DNA from: a virus
Lineage: Duplodnaviria; Heunggongvirae; Uroviricota; Caudoviricetes
Length of the DNA: 39,009 nt
Virus record (IMG/VR): IMGVR_UViG_2540341091_000002
Coordinates: 1-39,009 of that record
Reading direction: 5' to 3' (one strand)
Under the pieces are notes generated by a model. It made no database searches and was not told the origin of the DNA. It saw only the letters and a program-made list of their open reading frames with translations. A program made the translations under genes and the position numbers. Positions within the stretch are counted from its first letter, which is position 1; each line of letters opens with the position of its first letter. Positions 26,476 through 36,692 of this stretch are shown here, piece by piece.

Positions 26476-27955
26476 CACCATTCCGTCGAATACGCTGGTT
26501 CCGCTGTTTTATGCGGAAATGGATAACCAGGCGGCGAATACTGCACAGGACAGCGGAGCATCGCTGCTGATTGGTCATGCCAATAACGGTGCAGAGATTG
26601 TTGCCAACAGTCTGGTACTGATGCCGTCGGCAGACTATGCACGCCAGATTTGTGGTGCGGGAAGTCAGCTGGCGCGTATGGTCGAGGCTTATCGCCAGAC
26701 TGACCCGTTTGGCGAGCTGTATGTGATTGCCGTTCCTGAATCCACAGGCGCGGCGGCAACGGTTACGCTGACGGTGACCGGGGAAGCAACCGAAAGCGGC
26801 ACGGTGAATGTCTATGTGGGACGTACCCGCGTGCAGGCTCCGGTGACCAACGGCGATAACGTCACGACGATTGCCAGCAGTATCCAGGATGCCATCAATG
26901 CCGTTCCGGCCCTGCCGTTTACAGCTTCATCTTCGGCTGGTGTTGTCACGCTGACCGCGCGTCATAAGGGGCTTTGCGGGAATGAAATTCCTGTCAGCCT
27001 CAATTACTACGGCTTCGGTGGGGGTGAAGTGCTGCCTGCGGGCGTACAGATTGCCGTGGCGACGGGGACCGCCGGAACGGGCGCTCCGGTTCTCACCGGC
27101 GCGGTGGCTGCAATGGCGGATGAGCCGTTTGATTATATCGGTCTGCCGTTCAACGACACGGCCTCCGTTAACACGCTGGTGACCGAGATGAACGATACCA
27201 GCGGTCGCTGGAGCTATGCGCGTCAGCTGTATGGTCATGTGTATACGGCAAAGACCGGTACGCTGTCAGAACTGGTGACCGCAGGTGACCAGTTTAACCA
27301 GCAGCACATTACCCTGGCGGGGTACGAAAAAGAGACCCAGACGCCTGCCGACGAGCTGGCGGCAAGCCGTACCGCCCGCGCAGCGGTGTTTATTCGCAAC
27401 GATCCGGCACGTCCCACGCAGACCGGTGAGCTGGTGGGTATGCTGCCTGCGCCGAAGGGGAAACGGTTCACGATGACTGAACAACAGACCCTGTTGTCTC
27501 ATGGCGTGGCAACGGCGTATGTCGAAAGCGGGGTACTGCGCATTCAGCGTGATGTCACCACGTACAGGAAAAACGCTTACGGGGTTGCGGATAACAGCTA
27601 CCTCGACAGTGAGACGCTGCATACCAGCGCGTATGTACTGCGCAAACTGAAATCCGTCATTACCAGTAAGTACGGGCGTCACAAGCTTGCCAGTGACGGT
27701 ACCCGCTTTGGTCCCGGTCAGGCAATTGTCACCCCGGCGGTGATCAAAGGGGAACTGCTGGCAACCTACCGTCAGCTTGAGCGTGCGGGGATCGTGGAAA
27801 ACTACGAACTTTTTAAGCAGTACCTGGTTGTGGAGCGTGATGCCAGCGATCCGAACCGCCTGAACACGCTGTTCCCGCCTGACTATGTTAACCAGTTGCG
27901 TGTCTTTGCCGTGGTTAACCAGTTCCGTCTTCAGTATTCAGAGGAGTCTGCATAA
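26459..27955 (+). CDS. Contractile tail sheath protein (Mu gpL-like)
   Basis: 498 aa; size and order (sheath, tube, chaperone, tape measure) fit Mu-type myovirus tails. Confidence 0.8.
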   Translation: MTISFNTIPSNTLVPLFYAEMDNQAANTAQDSGASLLIGHANNGAEIVANSLVLMPSADYARQICGAGSQLARMVEAYRQTDPFGELYVIAVPESTGAAATVTLTVTGEATESGTVNVYVGRTRVQAPVTNGDNVTTIASSIQDAINAVPALPFTASSSAGVVTLTARHKGLCGNEIPVSLNYYGFGGGEVLPAGVQIAVATGTAGTGAPVLTGAVAAMADEPFDYIGLPFNDTASVNTLVTEMNDTSGRWSYARQLYGHVYTAKTGTLSELVTAGDQFNQQHITLAGYEKETQTPADELAASRTARAAVFIRNDPARPTQTGELVGMLPAPKGKRFTMTEQQTLLSHGVATAYVESGVLRIQRDVTTYRKNAYGVADNSYLDSETLHTSAYVLRKLKSVITSKYGRHKLASDGTRFGPGQAIVTPAVIKGELLATYRQLERAGIVENYELFKQYLVVERDASDPNRLNTLFPPDYVNQLRVFAVVNQFRLQYSEESA

Positions 27956-28311
27956 TGGCCCGTATCGGGGGAACCTGTTATTTCAAAATTGACGGTCAGC
28001 AGCTATCGCTGACCGGCGGCATTGAGGTGCCCATGAACAGGATGGTTAATGATGACATCATCGGCCTGGACGGTTCAGTGGACCGCAAGGAAACTCACCG
28101 TGCGCCTTATGTCAAAGGGACCTTCAAGGTGCCGAAGAATTTTCCGGTGGGCAAAATCACCTCGTCTGATGAGATGACAATCACTGCCGAGCTGGCGAAC
28201 GGTCAGGTCTATGTACTGTCGTCTGCCTGGCTGCACGGCGAAGCGAACCATAATGCCGAAGAAGGCACGGTCGATCTTGAGTTCCACGGTGAAGAAGGGG
28301 ATTACCAGTAA
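27955..28311 (+). CDS. Tail tube protein (Mu gpM-like)
   Basis: 118 aa; TAATG-coupled to the sheath gene; canonical position. Confidence 0.75.
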   Translation: MARIGGTCYFKIDGQQLSLTGGIEVPMNRMVNDDIIGLDGSVDRKETHRAPYVKGTFKVPKNFPVGKITSSDEMTITAELANGQVYVLSSAWLHGEANHNAEEGTVDLEFHGEEGDYQ

Positions 28312-28580
28312 TGAAAGAGCTTGAGTTAAAGAAACCGATTACCGCTCATGGCGAGACACTCTCCGTACTGGAGTTTGATGAGCCCACCGGGAAAGATGTC
28401 CGCGAGCTGGGGTATCCCTACCAGATGAATCAGGATGAGTCCGTCAGACTTCTGGCGCATGTGGTATCGAAATATATTGTGCGGCTGGCGAAAGTGCCGC
28501 AAAGCTCTGTCGACCAGATGTCTCCGGCAGACCTGAATGCAGCGGCGTGGCTTGTGGCTGGTTTTTTCCTCCAGGCCTGA
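28311..28580 (+). CDS. Tail assembly chaperone (short, in-frame product)
   Basis: 89-aa ORF between tube and tape-measure genes; contains the slippery heptamer near its 3' end. Confidence 0.65.
   Translation: MKELELKKPITAHGETLSVLEFDEPTGKDVRELGYPYQMNQDESVRLLAHVVSKYIVRLAKVPQSSVDQMSPADLNAAAWLVAGFFLQA
28562..28568 (+). other. Programmed -1 ribosomal frameshift site (T_TTT_TTC) giving an extended chaperone ending at 28729
   Basis: Heptamer ttttttc in the zero frame (ggt ttt ttc) 10 nt before the chaperone stop; the -1 frame (track ORF 28547-28729) stays open to the tape-measure start. Confidence 0.55.
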
Positions 28581-28721
28581 CGGCTGAATACCTTACTGAT
28601 CGCTTCTTTGATTGCGCCAGCTACTGGCGCATTAATCCTTTCGAATTGCTGAATATGCCGATCAGTGAAATTCCCTTGCTGGTCAGTCAGGCAAACAGGA
28701 TAGAGCAGGAGAAACGCACAC

Positions 28722-30557
28722 ATGGCTGAATTTGAGCTTAAGGCGTTGATCACCGGTGTCGACAGACTTTCTCCCGCGCTGTCGAAAATGCAAAAGAAAA
28801 TACGGGGATTTAAACGCCAGGCGGAAGAAGCGTCACAGGGTGGGCTGGCGCTTGGTGGCGGACTGGCAGCGGGTCTGACGCTTTCCCTGAAATCTTATGC
28901 CGATCAGGAAAACGCCGCCACCGGGCTGAAAGTCGCCATGATGGATGCGAATGGCGAGGTTGGAAAGCGCTTTCAGGACATCAATAAACTGGCTATTGGC
29001 CTGGGTAACCAGCTTCCCGGTACAACGGCTGATTTCCAGAACATGATGCAGATGCTGGTGCGTCAGGGGATCCCGGCAGAAAACATTCTTGGCGGTGTGG
29101 GTAAAGCGACAGCTTATCTTGCGGTACAACTGAAAAAAACACCGGAAGCGGCTGCTGAGTTTGCTGCAAAGATGCAGGATGCTACCGGAACGGCGTCAGA
29201 AGACATGATGGGGCTGTTCGACACTATCCAGAAGGCGTTTTATCTGGGCGTTGACGATACCAACATGTTGTCCTTCTTCACTAAAACCAGTTCTGTTCTG
29301 AAGATGGTGAACAAGGACGGTCTTCAGGCTGCACAGAGCCTTGCCCCCATCAGCGTCATGATGGATCAGATGGGGATGAACGGGGAGTCGGCAGGTAATG
29401 CCCTGCGAAAAGTTATCCAGTCCGGATTAAGCGTTAAGAAAATCAGGGACGTCAATAAAATCATGGCCCGCCAGAAACTCGGGGTACAGCTCGATTTTAC
29501 TGACGGCAAAGGAAGTTTTGGCGGTCTTGATAACATGTTCAGGCAACTGGCAAAGCTGCGAAAACTGACCGACGTTAAGCGAACAGGTGTACTTAAGGCA
29601 ATATTTGGTGATGATGCCGAAACCCTTCAGGTGGTCAATGCACTAATCGATAAAGGAAAGGATGGCTACGATCAGATCCAGCAGAAGATGAATAAACAGG
29701 CCAGCCTGAATAAACGTGTTCAGGCCCAGCTTGGTACGCTGTCCAACCTGTGGGAGGCAATGACGGGGACCGCAACTAACGGCCTTGCGGCTATTGGCGG
29801 CGCATTTTCTGGTGACGCCAAAAATATCACGCAATGGCTGGGGGAGTTGGGGGAAAAATTCACGAAGTTTGCGGATGAAAATCCCCGGGTTATTCGCGGC
29901 GTCGTCGGGCTTGCTGCCGGTCTTGCGATTCTGAAACTGGGATTGATGGGCGTTGGCAGTGCCATCAGTATTGTCAGCAGGCTCATGTCGATGACGCCGA
30001 TTGGCATGATTGCGACGGCGATAGCCCTGGCTGCGGGATTAATTATCACTAACTGGGATGTTGTCGGACCTTATTTTAAGAAACTCTGGGAAACCATTGG
30101 TCCTTATTTTGAGACTGGCTGGGAACTCCTTAAGAAAGTTTTTGCCTGGTCGCCGCTGGGGATGGTGATCAATAACTGGGGGCCGGTTGTTAAGTGGTTT
30201 CAGGATATGTGGGACAAGCTGAAGCCAATTATTGAGTGGTTTACCGACAGTTCCGGTGACACGGTCGATGCCATTAACTCGGCGCAGTGGGGGGCGGGTG
30301 CTTATGATGCTTATGGGACGGGAATACCGGCACGGGGATACACACCTTATCCGGCGGTGGATCCGGCTCAGTCAAACAACGCCTCCGATGCCACAGGCCC
30401 GAATCCCTTCATGATTAACAAAGCTTCTGCGCCAAAAGTTGATGGTGAGATCAAGGTCTCTTTTGTGAATTCGCCTCCGGGTATGCGGGTTATGGAAACG
30501 CGATCCAGCGGTTTTGATGTCAGCCATGATGTTGGCTATACGCGCTTTGGCAGGTAA
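28722..30557 (+). CDS. Tail tape measure protein
   Basis: 611 aa; helical Ala/Gly/Leu-rich with hydrophobic central segment and aromatic-rich C-terminus; follows the frameshifted chaperone. Confidence 0.85.
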   Translation: MAEFELKALITGVDRLSPALSKMQKKIRGFKRQAEEASQGGLALGGGLAAGLTLSLKSYADQENAATGLKVAMMDANGEVGKRFQDINKLAIGLGNQLPGTTADFQNMMQMLVRQGIPAENILGGVGKATAYLAVQLKKTPEAAAEFAAKMQDATGTASEDMMGLFDTIQKAFYLGVDDTNMLSFFTKTSSVLKMVNKDGLQAAQSLAPISVMMDQMGMNGESAGNALRKVIQSGLSVKKIRDVNKIMARQKLGVQLDFTDGKGSFGGLDNMFRQLAKLRKLTDVKRTGVLKAIFGDDAETLQVVNALIDKGKDGYDQIQQKMNKQASLNKRVQAQLGTLSNLWEAMTGTATNGLAAIGGAFSGDAKNITQWLGELGEKFTKFADENPRVIRGVVGLAAGLAILKLGLMGVGSAISIVSRLMSMTPIGMIATAIALAAGLIITNWDVVGPYFKKLWETIGPYFETGWELLKKVFAWSPLGMVINNWGPVVKWFQDMWDKLKPIIEWFTDSSGDTVDAINSAQWGAGAYDAYGTGIPARGYTPYPAVDPAQSNNASDATGPNPFMINKASAPKVDGEIKVSFVNSPPGMRVMETRSSGFDVSHDVGYTRFGR

Positions 30558-30580
30558 TGAAAAATTAATCTGTTAATGAG

Positions 30581-30602
30581 TCCCACTCCGGTGGGATTTT
30601 TT
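30581..30602 (+). terminator. Rho-independent terminator between tape-measure and baseplate genes
   Basis: Perfect 6-bp stem tcccac / gtggga with tccg loop followed by tttttt. Confidence 0.6.
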
Positions 30603-30617
30603 ATGTACGGAGTTTAT

Positions 30618-31946
30618 ATGACGTGGAAAGACAGACTTCAGGACGCGTCATTTCGCGGTGTGCCGTTTAAGGTTGAAGAAGAAAGTGCGGGAACCGGTCG
30701 TCGTGTGGAAACGCACGAATACCCGAACCGCGACAAACCCTATACCGAAGACCTGGGGAAAATCACTTTCCGCCCGTCCATCACAGCTTATGTGGTGGGA
30801 GATGACTGCTTTGACCAGCGCGATCGCCTGATTGACGCGCTGAATAAACCCGGTCCCGGCACGCTTGTCCATCCGACTTACGGTGAGCTGAAAGTCTGTG
30901 TTGACGGGGAAGTTCGGGTCAGCACATCGAAGAGTGAAGGGCGTATTGTCCGCTTTGACCTGAAGTTTGTCGAAGCGGGAGAACTCTCTTACCCCACTTC
31001 AGGTGCGGCGACGGCGCAGACGCTGATGTCATCCTGTTCTGCACTGGATGACTGCATCAGTGACAGCTTCAGTGGTTTCAGTATCGATGGCGTGGCGGAT
31101 TTTGTGCAGAACGACGTCGTCGGTAATGCCGGCACAATGCTGGGGTATGTTTCTGATGCGATGAAAGTGGTGGATTCTGCCGTATCGGATGCCGCCAGGC
31201 TGTTGCAGGGGGATATCTCGGTACTTCTGCCGCCGCCATCGTCAGGCAAAAATTTCGTTGAGCAGGTGCAGAAAATGTGGCGTACCGGGAAACGCCTTTA
31301 TGGTAACGCCAGCGACCTGGTCACCATGATCAAAACGCTTTCCGGTGTCAGCCTCGGCAGCGATCTGCAACCGCGCGGTGTCTGGAAAACGGACAGTAAA
31401 ACCACCGCCACGGCGACGCAGCAGCGTAACGTGGTTGCCAGCATCCTTCGTACGACCGCAATCAGCGAAGCGGCGTATGCCGTCACCCGATTGCCTGCGC
31501 CAACAACTTCCGCGGTGATGCAGAATGCCGCAGTGGGGCAGGCAACAACACCCGCGCAGAGCACTGGCTGGCCTTCCGTCACGCATCCGGCACTGAACAA
31601 TGCACCGGCGGTGAAAAACACGGTTGACCTGCCGACGTGGGAAGAACTGACTGACATTCGCGACACACTGAATACGGCAATTGATAAGGAGTTGTCCCGT
31701 ACAACCAGTGATGCGCTGTTTCTGGCGCTGCGCCGGGTGAAAGCAGATCTGAATGCGGATATCAACACGCGCCTTGAACAGTCTGCACGGATCATTCAGC
31801 GCACGCCGGATGAGGTTTTACCCGCGCTGGTGCTGGCGGCGACCTGGTTTGATAACGCGGCGCGTGACGCGGACATTATCCGGCGTAATGCCATTACACA
31901 TCCCGGCTTTGTGCCGGTGATCCCTCTGAAGGTGCCAGTGCAATGA
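30618..31946 (+). CDS. DNA circularisation protein (Mu gpN-like tail/baseplate protein)
   Basis: Start at MTWKDRLQ with GGAG 5 nt upstream, after the terminator; size and position after tape measure match Mu N-like proteins. Confidence 0.7.
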   Translation: MTWKDRLQDASFRGVPFKVEEESAGTGRRVETHEYPNRDKPYTEDLGKITFRPSITAYVVGDDCFDQRDRLIDALNKPGPGTLVHPTYGELKVCVDGEVRVSTSKSEGRIVRFDLKFVEAGELSYPTSGAATAQTLMSSCSALDDCISDSFSGFSIDGVADFVQNDVVGNAGTMLGYVSDAMKVVDSAVSDAARLLQGDISVLLPPPSSGKNFVEQVQKMWRTGKRLYGNASDLVTMIKTLSGVSLGSDLQPRGVWKTDSKTTATATQQRNVVASILRTTAISEAAYAVTRLPAPTTSAVMQNAAVGQATTPAQSTGWPSVTHPALNNAPAVKNTVDLPTWEELTDIRDTLNTAIDKELSRTTSDALFLALRRVKADLNADINTRLEQSARIIQRTPDEVLPALVLAATWFDNAARDADIIRRNAITHPGFVPVIPLKVPVQ

Positions 31947-33022
31947 ACGACAATGTCACGCTACGGGTAAATGGCCGGGAGTGGAATGGCTGGACATCGG
32001 TGCGCATCGGTGCCGGTATTGAACGGCTGGCGCGAGATTTCAGTGTGGAGATCACTCGCCAGTGGCCGGGAGATGAGGGTATCACCACGCTTCAGCCGCG
32101 CATTAAAAACGGTTCAAAAGTGGAAGTGCTGATTGGTGATGAGCTGGTGATCACCGGCTGGGTGGAGGCGACTCCCGTTCGTTACGATGCCCGTTCGGTC
32201 AGCACCGGTATTGCCGGACGTAGTCTGACGGCTGACCTGATTGACTGTGCAGCCGAACCGACACAGTTTAACGGACGCTCGCTGGTGCAGATTGCGCAGG
32301 CGCTTGCTGCGCCTTTCGGCATTGAGGTGGTGAACAGCGGTGCGCCGTCGGGTGTTATTCCTGATGTTCAGCCTGATCACGGTGAAACGGTGATTGAGGT
32401 GATCAACAAAATACTCGGTCAGCAGCAGGCGCTGGCTTACGACGACCCGCACGGCAGGCTGGTGATTGGCGGTATTGGCTCAACGCGGGCACATACCGCG
32501 CTGGTACTCGGGGAAAACATCCTTTCCTGTGATACGGAGAAGAGTATCCGGGAGCGGTTTTCTGTTTACCAGGTGGCGGGGCAGCGTGCCGGAAACGACG
32601 ATGATTTCGGTGAGGCCACCACCACCGCGCTGCGGGCACGCACAGAGGACGCATTTATTGCCCGTTACCGTCCGATGTATATCAGGCAGACAGGGCAGGC
32701 CACGGGGGCAGGTTGTATTGCGCGTGCTGACTTTGAAGCCCGACAACGGGCGGCGCGGACGGATGAAACCACCTATGTGGTGCAGGGCTGGCGACAGGGT
32801 AACGGTACGCTGTGGCAGCCCAACCAGCGGGTGATTGTCTTCGATCCGGTCTGTGGTTTCGACAATACCGAACTGCTTGTCTCGGAAGTCACGTTTACTC
32901 AGGACCAGAACGGCACCCTGACGGAAATCCGTGTCGGCCCGCCTGATGCTTATCTGCCTGAACCCGAAGCCCCCGGCGCGCGGAAAAAGAAAAAAGCCAG
33001 AGTACAGGAGGACCCGTTCTGA
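31943..33022 (+). CDS. Baseplate hub / tail protein (Mu gpP-like)
   Basis: 359 aa, ATGA-coupled, conserved order in Mu-type baseplate modules. Confidence 0.7.
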   Translation: MNDNVTLRVNGREWNGWTSVRIGAGIERLARDFSVEITRQWPGDEGITTLQPRIKNGSKVEVLIGDELVITGWVEATPVRYDARSVSTGIAGRSLTADLIDCAAEPTQFNGRSLVQIAQALAAPFGIEVVNSGAPSGVIPDVQPDHGETVIEVINKILGQQQALAYDDPHGRLVIGGIGSTRAHTALVLGENILSCDTEKSIRERFSVYQVAGQRAGNDDDFGEATTTALRARTEDAFIARYRPMYIRQTGQATGAGCIARADFEARQRAARTDETTYVVQGWRQGNGTLWQPNQRVIVFDPVCGFDNTELLVSEVTFTQDQNGTLTEIRVGPPDAYLPEPEAPGARKKKKARVQEDPF

Positions 33023-33570
33023 TGAGGACGATTGAAGCCATGCAGCGACAACTCCTCGGCCTGATTGGGCGGGCCGTGGTGAAAAGCATCAGTGCCGCCA
33101 CGAAATGTCAGACCGTGGATGTGTTCCTGATTGCCGGTGAACCCAAAGCCGGGGTTGAACATCTTGAACCCTACGGTTTTACCGCAAGGGCAAACAGCGG
33201 TGCGGAAGCGGTGGTGTTGTTTCCGGATGGCGACCGTTCTCATGCGGTGGTTGTTACGGTGTCGGACCGTCGCTACCGCCTGAAAGGGCTGCAGACGGGT
33301 GAGGTGGCTGTCTATGACGATCAGGGGCAGTCCGTGACGCTGACCCGGGAGGGGATCGTGGTGGACGGTGCAGGTAAAACGATCACGTTTCGCAATGCAC
33401 CTGAAGCACGTTTTGAAATGGACCTGGAAGTGACAGGACAGGTGAAAGACCTGTGCGACTCCGGCGGCACCACCATGTCAGCGATGCGGCTTGCCTATAA
33501 CGGGCATAGTCACAGAGAGAACGGTCAGGGCAGTAACACCGACAAACCGGATAAAGCGATGGAGGCATGA
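33022..33570 (+). CDS. Baseplate assembly protein V-like (central spike)
   Basis: 182 aa; position and size fit gpV/gp45-type spike proteins. Confidence 0.7.
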   Translation: MRTIEAMQRQLLGLIGRAVVKSISAATKCQTVDVFLIAGEPKAGVEHLEPYGFTARANSGAEAVVLFPDGDRSHAVVVTVSDRRYRLKGLQTGEVAVYDDQGQSVTLTREGIVVDGAGKTITFRNAPEARFEMDLEVTGQVKDLCDSGGTTMSAMRLAYNGHSHRENGQGSNTDKPDKAMEA

Positions 33571-33995
33571 TGGAACTGTGGCTGACGGTGAACGGTAAAC
33601 GCACCTGCGCCAGCGCACCGCTGGATCCGCTGACCCGCGCCGTGGTGATTTCCCTGTTTACCTGGCGGCGGGCGGAGCCTGATGACAACGCCGACGTCCC
33701 GATGGGATGGTGGGGGGATACCTGGCCTGCGGTACAGAATGACCGTTACGGCTCCCGACTGTGGCTGCTTCAGCGCAGCAAACTGACCAATCAGCTGGTG
33801 CAGACGGTAAGGGGGTATATCCGCGAATGCCTGCAATGGATGATTGATGATGGCGTGGTGTCCCGTATTGATCTGGATATCCGCCGCACCGGGATTAATG
33901 AACTGGGTAACAGTATCACTCTCTGGCGTCGTGACGGACCGGTAATGATTTCTTTTGATGATCTGTGGAGTGCGATAACGCATGGCGGACAGTGA
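33567..33995 (+). CDS. Baseplate protein (GP46-like / gpW-like)
   Basis: 142 aa, translationally coupled between the V-like and J-like genes. Confidence 0.65.
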   Translation: MMELWLTVNGKRTCASAPLDPLTRAVVISLFTWRRAEPDDNADVPMGWWGDTWPAVQNDRYGSRLWLLQRSKLTNQLVQTVRGYIRECLQWMIDDGVVSRIDLDIRRTGINELGNSITLWRRDGPVMISFDDLWSAITHGGQ

Positions 33996-35040
33996 ATTTC
34001 AGCGCCCGACGCTGGCAGAAAATATCAGTATGCTCCGTAACGATTTATTCGCCAGGCTGGACGTCAGCGACACGCTCCGGCGCATGGATGAAGACGTGCG
34101 GGCAAAGGTGTATGCGGCGGCGCTGCATACGGTTTACGGGTACATCGATTATCTGGCAATGAACATGCTGCCTGACCTGTGCGATGAGTCCTGGCTGGCG
34201 CGACATGCTGCGATGAAACGGTGTCCGCGCAAGGGGGCCACGGCTGCCAGCGGGTATATGCGCTGGGAAGGTGTCAGCGATGGCCTGAAGGTGACTGCCG
34301 GGAGCGTGATTCAGCGCGATGACCTGGTTCAGTACACGGCAACTGCTGATGCAACCAGCTCCGGTGGTGTCCTGCGCGTGCCGATCACTTGCTCAAGTGC
34401 AGGCGCGGTCGGTAACGCTGACGACGGTACGGCATTAATCCTGGTCACGCCGGTGAATGGTCTGCCGTCTTCCGGTGTTGCAGATACTCTGACTGGCGGA
34501 TTCGATACTGAAGATCTGGAAACGTGGCGCGCCCGCGTCATTGAGCGGTATTACTGGACGCCGCAGGGCGGGGCTGACGGGGACTATGTCGTCTGGGCTA
34601 AAGAAGTGCCCGGCATTACCCGCGCATGGACATACCGTCACTGGATGGGAACGGGAACTGTCGGTGTGATGATTGCCAGCAGTGACCTGATTAATCCCAT
34701 TCCGGAAGAATCAACGGAAACGGCGGCAAGACAACATATCGGGCCACTGGCCCCGGTGGCAGGCTCTGATTTGTATGTGTTCAGGCCGGTGGCACATACG
34801 GTGGATTTTCATATCCGCGTGACGCCGGACACACCGGAAATACGGGCTGCCATCACCGCGGAGTTGCGTTCGTTCCTGCTGCGTGATGGTTATCCGCAGG
34901 GAGAACTGAAGGTATCGCGTATCAGTGAGGCGATTTCCGGTGCGAACGGGGAATACAGCCATCAGTTGCTTACACCGGCAGACAATATCTCCATTGCAAA
35001 AAATGAACTGGCGGTACTGGGGACGATTTCATGGACGTGA
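33982..35040 (+). CDS. Baseplate J-like protein
   Basis: 352 aa; canonical position before the tail-fibre genes. Confidence 0.75.
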   Translation: MADSEFQRPTLAENISMLRNDLFARLDVSDTLRRMDEDVRAKVYAAALHTVYGYIDYLAMNMLPDLCDESWLARHAAMKRCPRKGATAASGYMRWEGVSDGLKVTAGSVIQRDDLVQYTATADATSSGGVLRVPITCSSAGAVGNADDGTALILVTPVNGLPSSGVADTLTGGFDTEDLETWRARVIERYYWTPQGGADGDYVVWAKEVPGITRAWTYRHWMGTGTVGVMIASSDLINPIPEESTETAARQHIGPLAPVAGSDLYVFRPVAHTVDFHIRVTPDTPEIRAAITAELRSFLLRDGYPQGELKVSRISEAISGANGEYSHQLLTPADNISIAKNELAVLGTISWT

Positions 35041-35615
35041 CAAACGATGATTACATCCGTCTGTTGTCGGCACTGTTGCCCCCCGGTCCGGCGTGGTCAG
35101 CCAGCGATCCGGCGATTGCCGGTGCGGCACCGTCATTAACCCGCGTTCATCAGCGTGCGGATGCCCTGATGCGGGAGCTGGATCCGCGCACTACCACTGA
35201 ACTGATAAACCGCTGGGAGCGTCTGTGCGGTCTGCCGGATGAATGTATTCCCGCAGGGACACAGACCCTTCGCCAGCGTCAGCAACGGCTGGATGCGAAG
35301 GTTAACCTGTCGGGTGGCATCAACGAGGATTTTTATCTTGCACAGCTTGCTGCCCTGGGCAGACCAGATGCCACCATCACGCGATACGACAAAAGCACGT
35401 TCACCTGCTCATCGGCCTGTACTGACGCTGTGAACGCGCCTGAATGGCGGTATTACTGGCAGGTCAACATGCCAGCCGCCACCAACACCACCTGGATGAC
35501 ATGTGGCGATCCCTGTGATTCCGCACTGCGTATCTGGGGCGACACCGTTGTCGAGTGTGTGCTTAACAAACTCTGCCCGTCGCATACCTACGTAATTTTT
35601 AAATATCCGGAGTAA
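35031..35615 (+). CDS. Tail protein (Mu gp48-like / YmfQ-like, DUF2313 family)
   Basis: 194 aa; same length and position as e14 YmfQ-type proteins immediately upstream of the tail fibre gene. Confidence 0.65.
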   Translation: MDVTNDDYIRLLSALLPPGPAWSASDPAIAGAAPSLTRVHQRADALMRELDPRTTTELINRWERLCGLPDECIPAGTQTLRQRQQRLDAKVNLSGGINEDFYLAQLAALGRPDATITRYDKSTFTCSSACTDAVNAPEWRYYWQVNMPAATNTTWMTCGDPCDSALRIWGDTVVECVLNKLCPSHTYVIFKYPE

Positions 35616-35618
35616 TCC

Positions 35619-36269
35619 ATGCATCGTATAGACACGAAAACTGCGCAGAAGGATAAGTTCGGCGCGGGTAAGAACGGTTTTACCCGTGGTAACCCCCAGA
35701 CCGGCACGCCTGCCACCGATCTGGATGATGACTACTTTGACATGTTGCAGGAGGAGCTTTGCAGCGTTGTGGAGGCGTCCGGTGCCAGCCTGGAGAAGGG
35801 GCGGCACGACCAGCTGCTTACCGCGCTTCGTGCGCTGCTGTTAAGCCGCAAGAATCCGTTTGGTGATATCAAATCGGATGGCACGGTGAAAACGGCTCTC
35901 GAAAACCTTGGTTTGGGAGAAGCGGCGAAAAGGGATGTAGGCACAGGAGAAAATCAGATACCGGATATGTCAGCCTGGAAAAGAAATCCGAGTTCTAATC
36001 GCTGGAGAAAATTGCCTGATGGAACCATCATTCAAATGGGAATATCAGCATCAGGGCCATTAGGCTCACCTGTAAATATCACCCTGCCGATATCTTTCAG
36101 CAATACCAATTATTGTGTTGTTGCATCGTACGATAATGCACGGTCAGGTGTGTCAACAATGGTTAGTTTTGCAGCATTACCTGTTTCACCATCGCAATTT
36201 TCCCTGATGTCATCTGTGACTGAGCAAGGAATAAATCCTTTTGCTTACTGGATTGCTTTTGGAGATTGA
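35619..36269 (+). CDS. Tail fibre protein (constant N-terminus fused to the variable C-terminal cassette currently in the expressed orientation)
   Basis: 216 aa; the crossover site lies within the codons for ENLGLGE; followed by a tail-fibre assembly gene. Confidence 0.75.
   Translation: MHRIDTKTAQKDKFGAGKNGFTRGNPQTGTPATDLDDDYFDMLQEELCSVVEASGASLEKGRHDQLLTALRALLLSRKNPFGDIKSDGTVKTALENLGLGEAAKRDVGTGENQIPDMSAWKRNPSSNRWRKLPDGTIIQMGISASGPLGSPVNITLPISFSNTNYCVVASYDNARSGVSTMVSFAALPVSPSQFSLMSSVTEQGINPFAYWIAFGD
35896..35921. repeat. Left recombination site of the invertible tail-fibre segment (gix/pix-like, 26 bp, dyad-symmetric)
   Basis: ctctcgaaaacc-tt-ggtttgggagaa; half-sites match in 9 of 12 positions; the reverse complement shares a 14-bp perfect core with the site at 37701. 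Confidence 0.6.
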
Positions 36270-36272
36270 TAA

Positions 36273-36692
36273 ATGGACAGATACTTCTATTCACAAAAAG
36301 AAAATGGTTTTTTTACCGATTTAAATAAAGCACCTTCAGATGCTGTTGAGATAACCACGGATGAATGGCTATCACTACTGGATGGTCAGGATAATGGCAT
36401 GAAAATAGTCAGCAATCAGGAGGGATATCCGGTTTTGACAGAGCAACCACCTTTATCAAAAGAAAACCTTATTGCATTGGCAGAGTTGAAAAAAGGAAAA
36501 CTTATTAATGAAGCCAACGAGCACATGAACAGCAGGCAATGGCCTGGTAAAGCGGCTATTGGTCGTCTGAAAGGTGAGGAACTGGCGCAATATAATTTGT
36601 GGCTGGATTATCTGGACGCACTGGAGCTGGTCGATACTTCCAGTGCGCCAGATATTGAATGGCCTACGCCTCCGGCAGTTCAGGCCAGATGA
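36273..36692 (+). CDS. Tail fibre assembly protein (Tfa), expressed orientation
   Basis: 139 aa; C-terminus DIEWPTPPAVQAR resembles Tfa C-termini; directly follows the tail fibre gene. Confidence 0.8.
   Translation: MDRYFYSQKENGFFTDLNKAPSDAVEITTDEWLSLLDGQDNGMKIVSNQEGYPVLTEQPPLSKENLIALAELKKGKLINEANEHMNSRQWPGKAAIGRLKGEELAQYNLWLDYLDALELVDTSSAPDIEWPTPPAVQAR

Noticed and set aside
30576-30617. Upstream start (MSPTPVGFFMYGV...) for the Mu N-like gene
   Set aside because: This extension spans an intrinsic terminator hairpin and T-run; the ATG at 30618 follows a GGAG at proper spacing.
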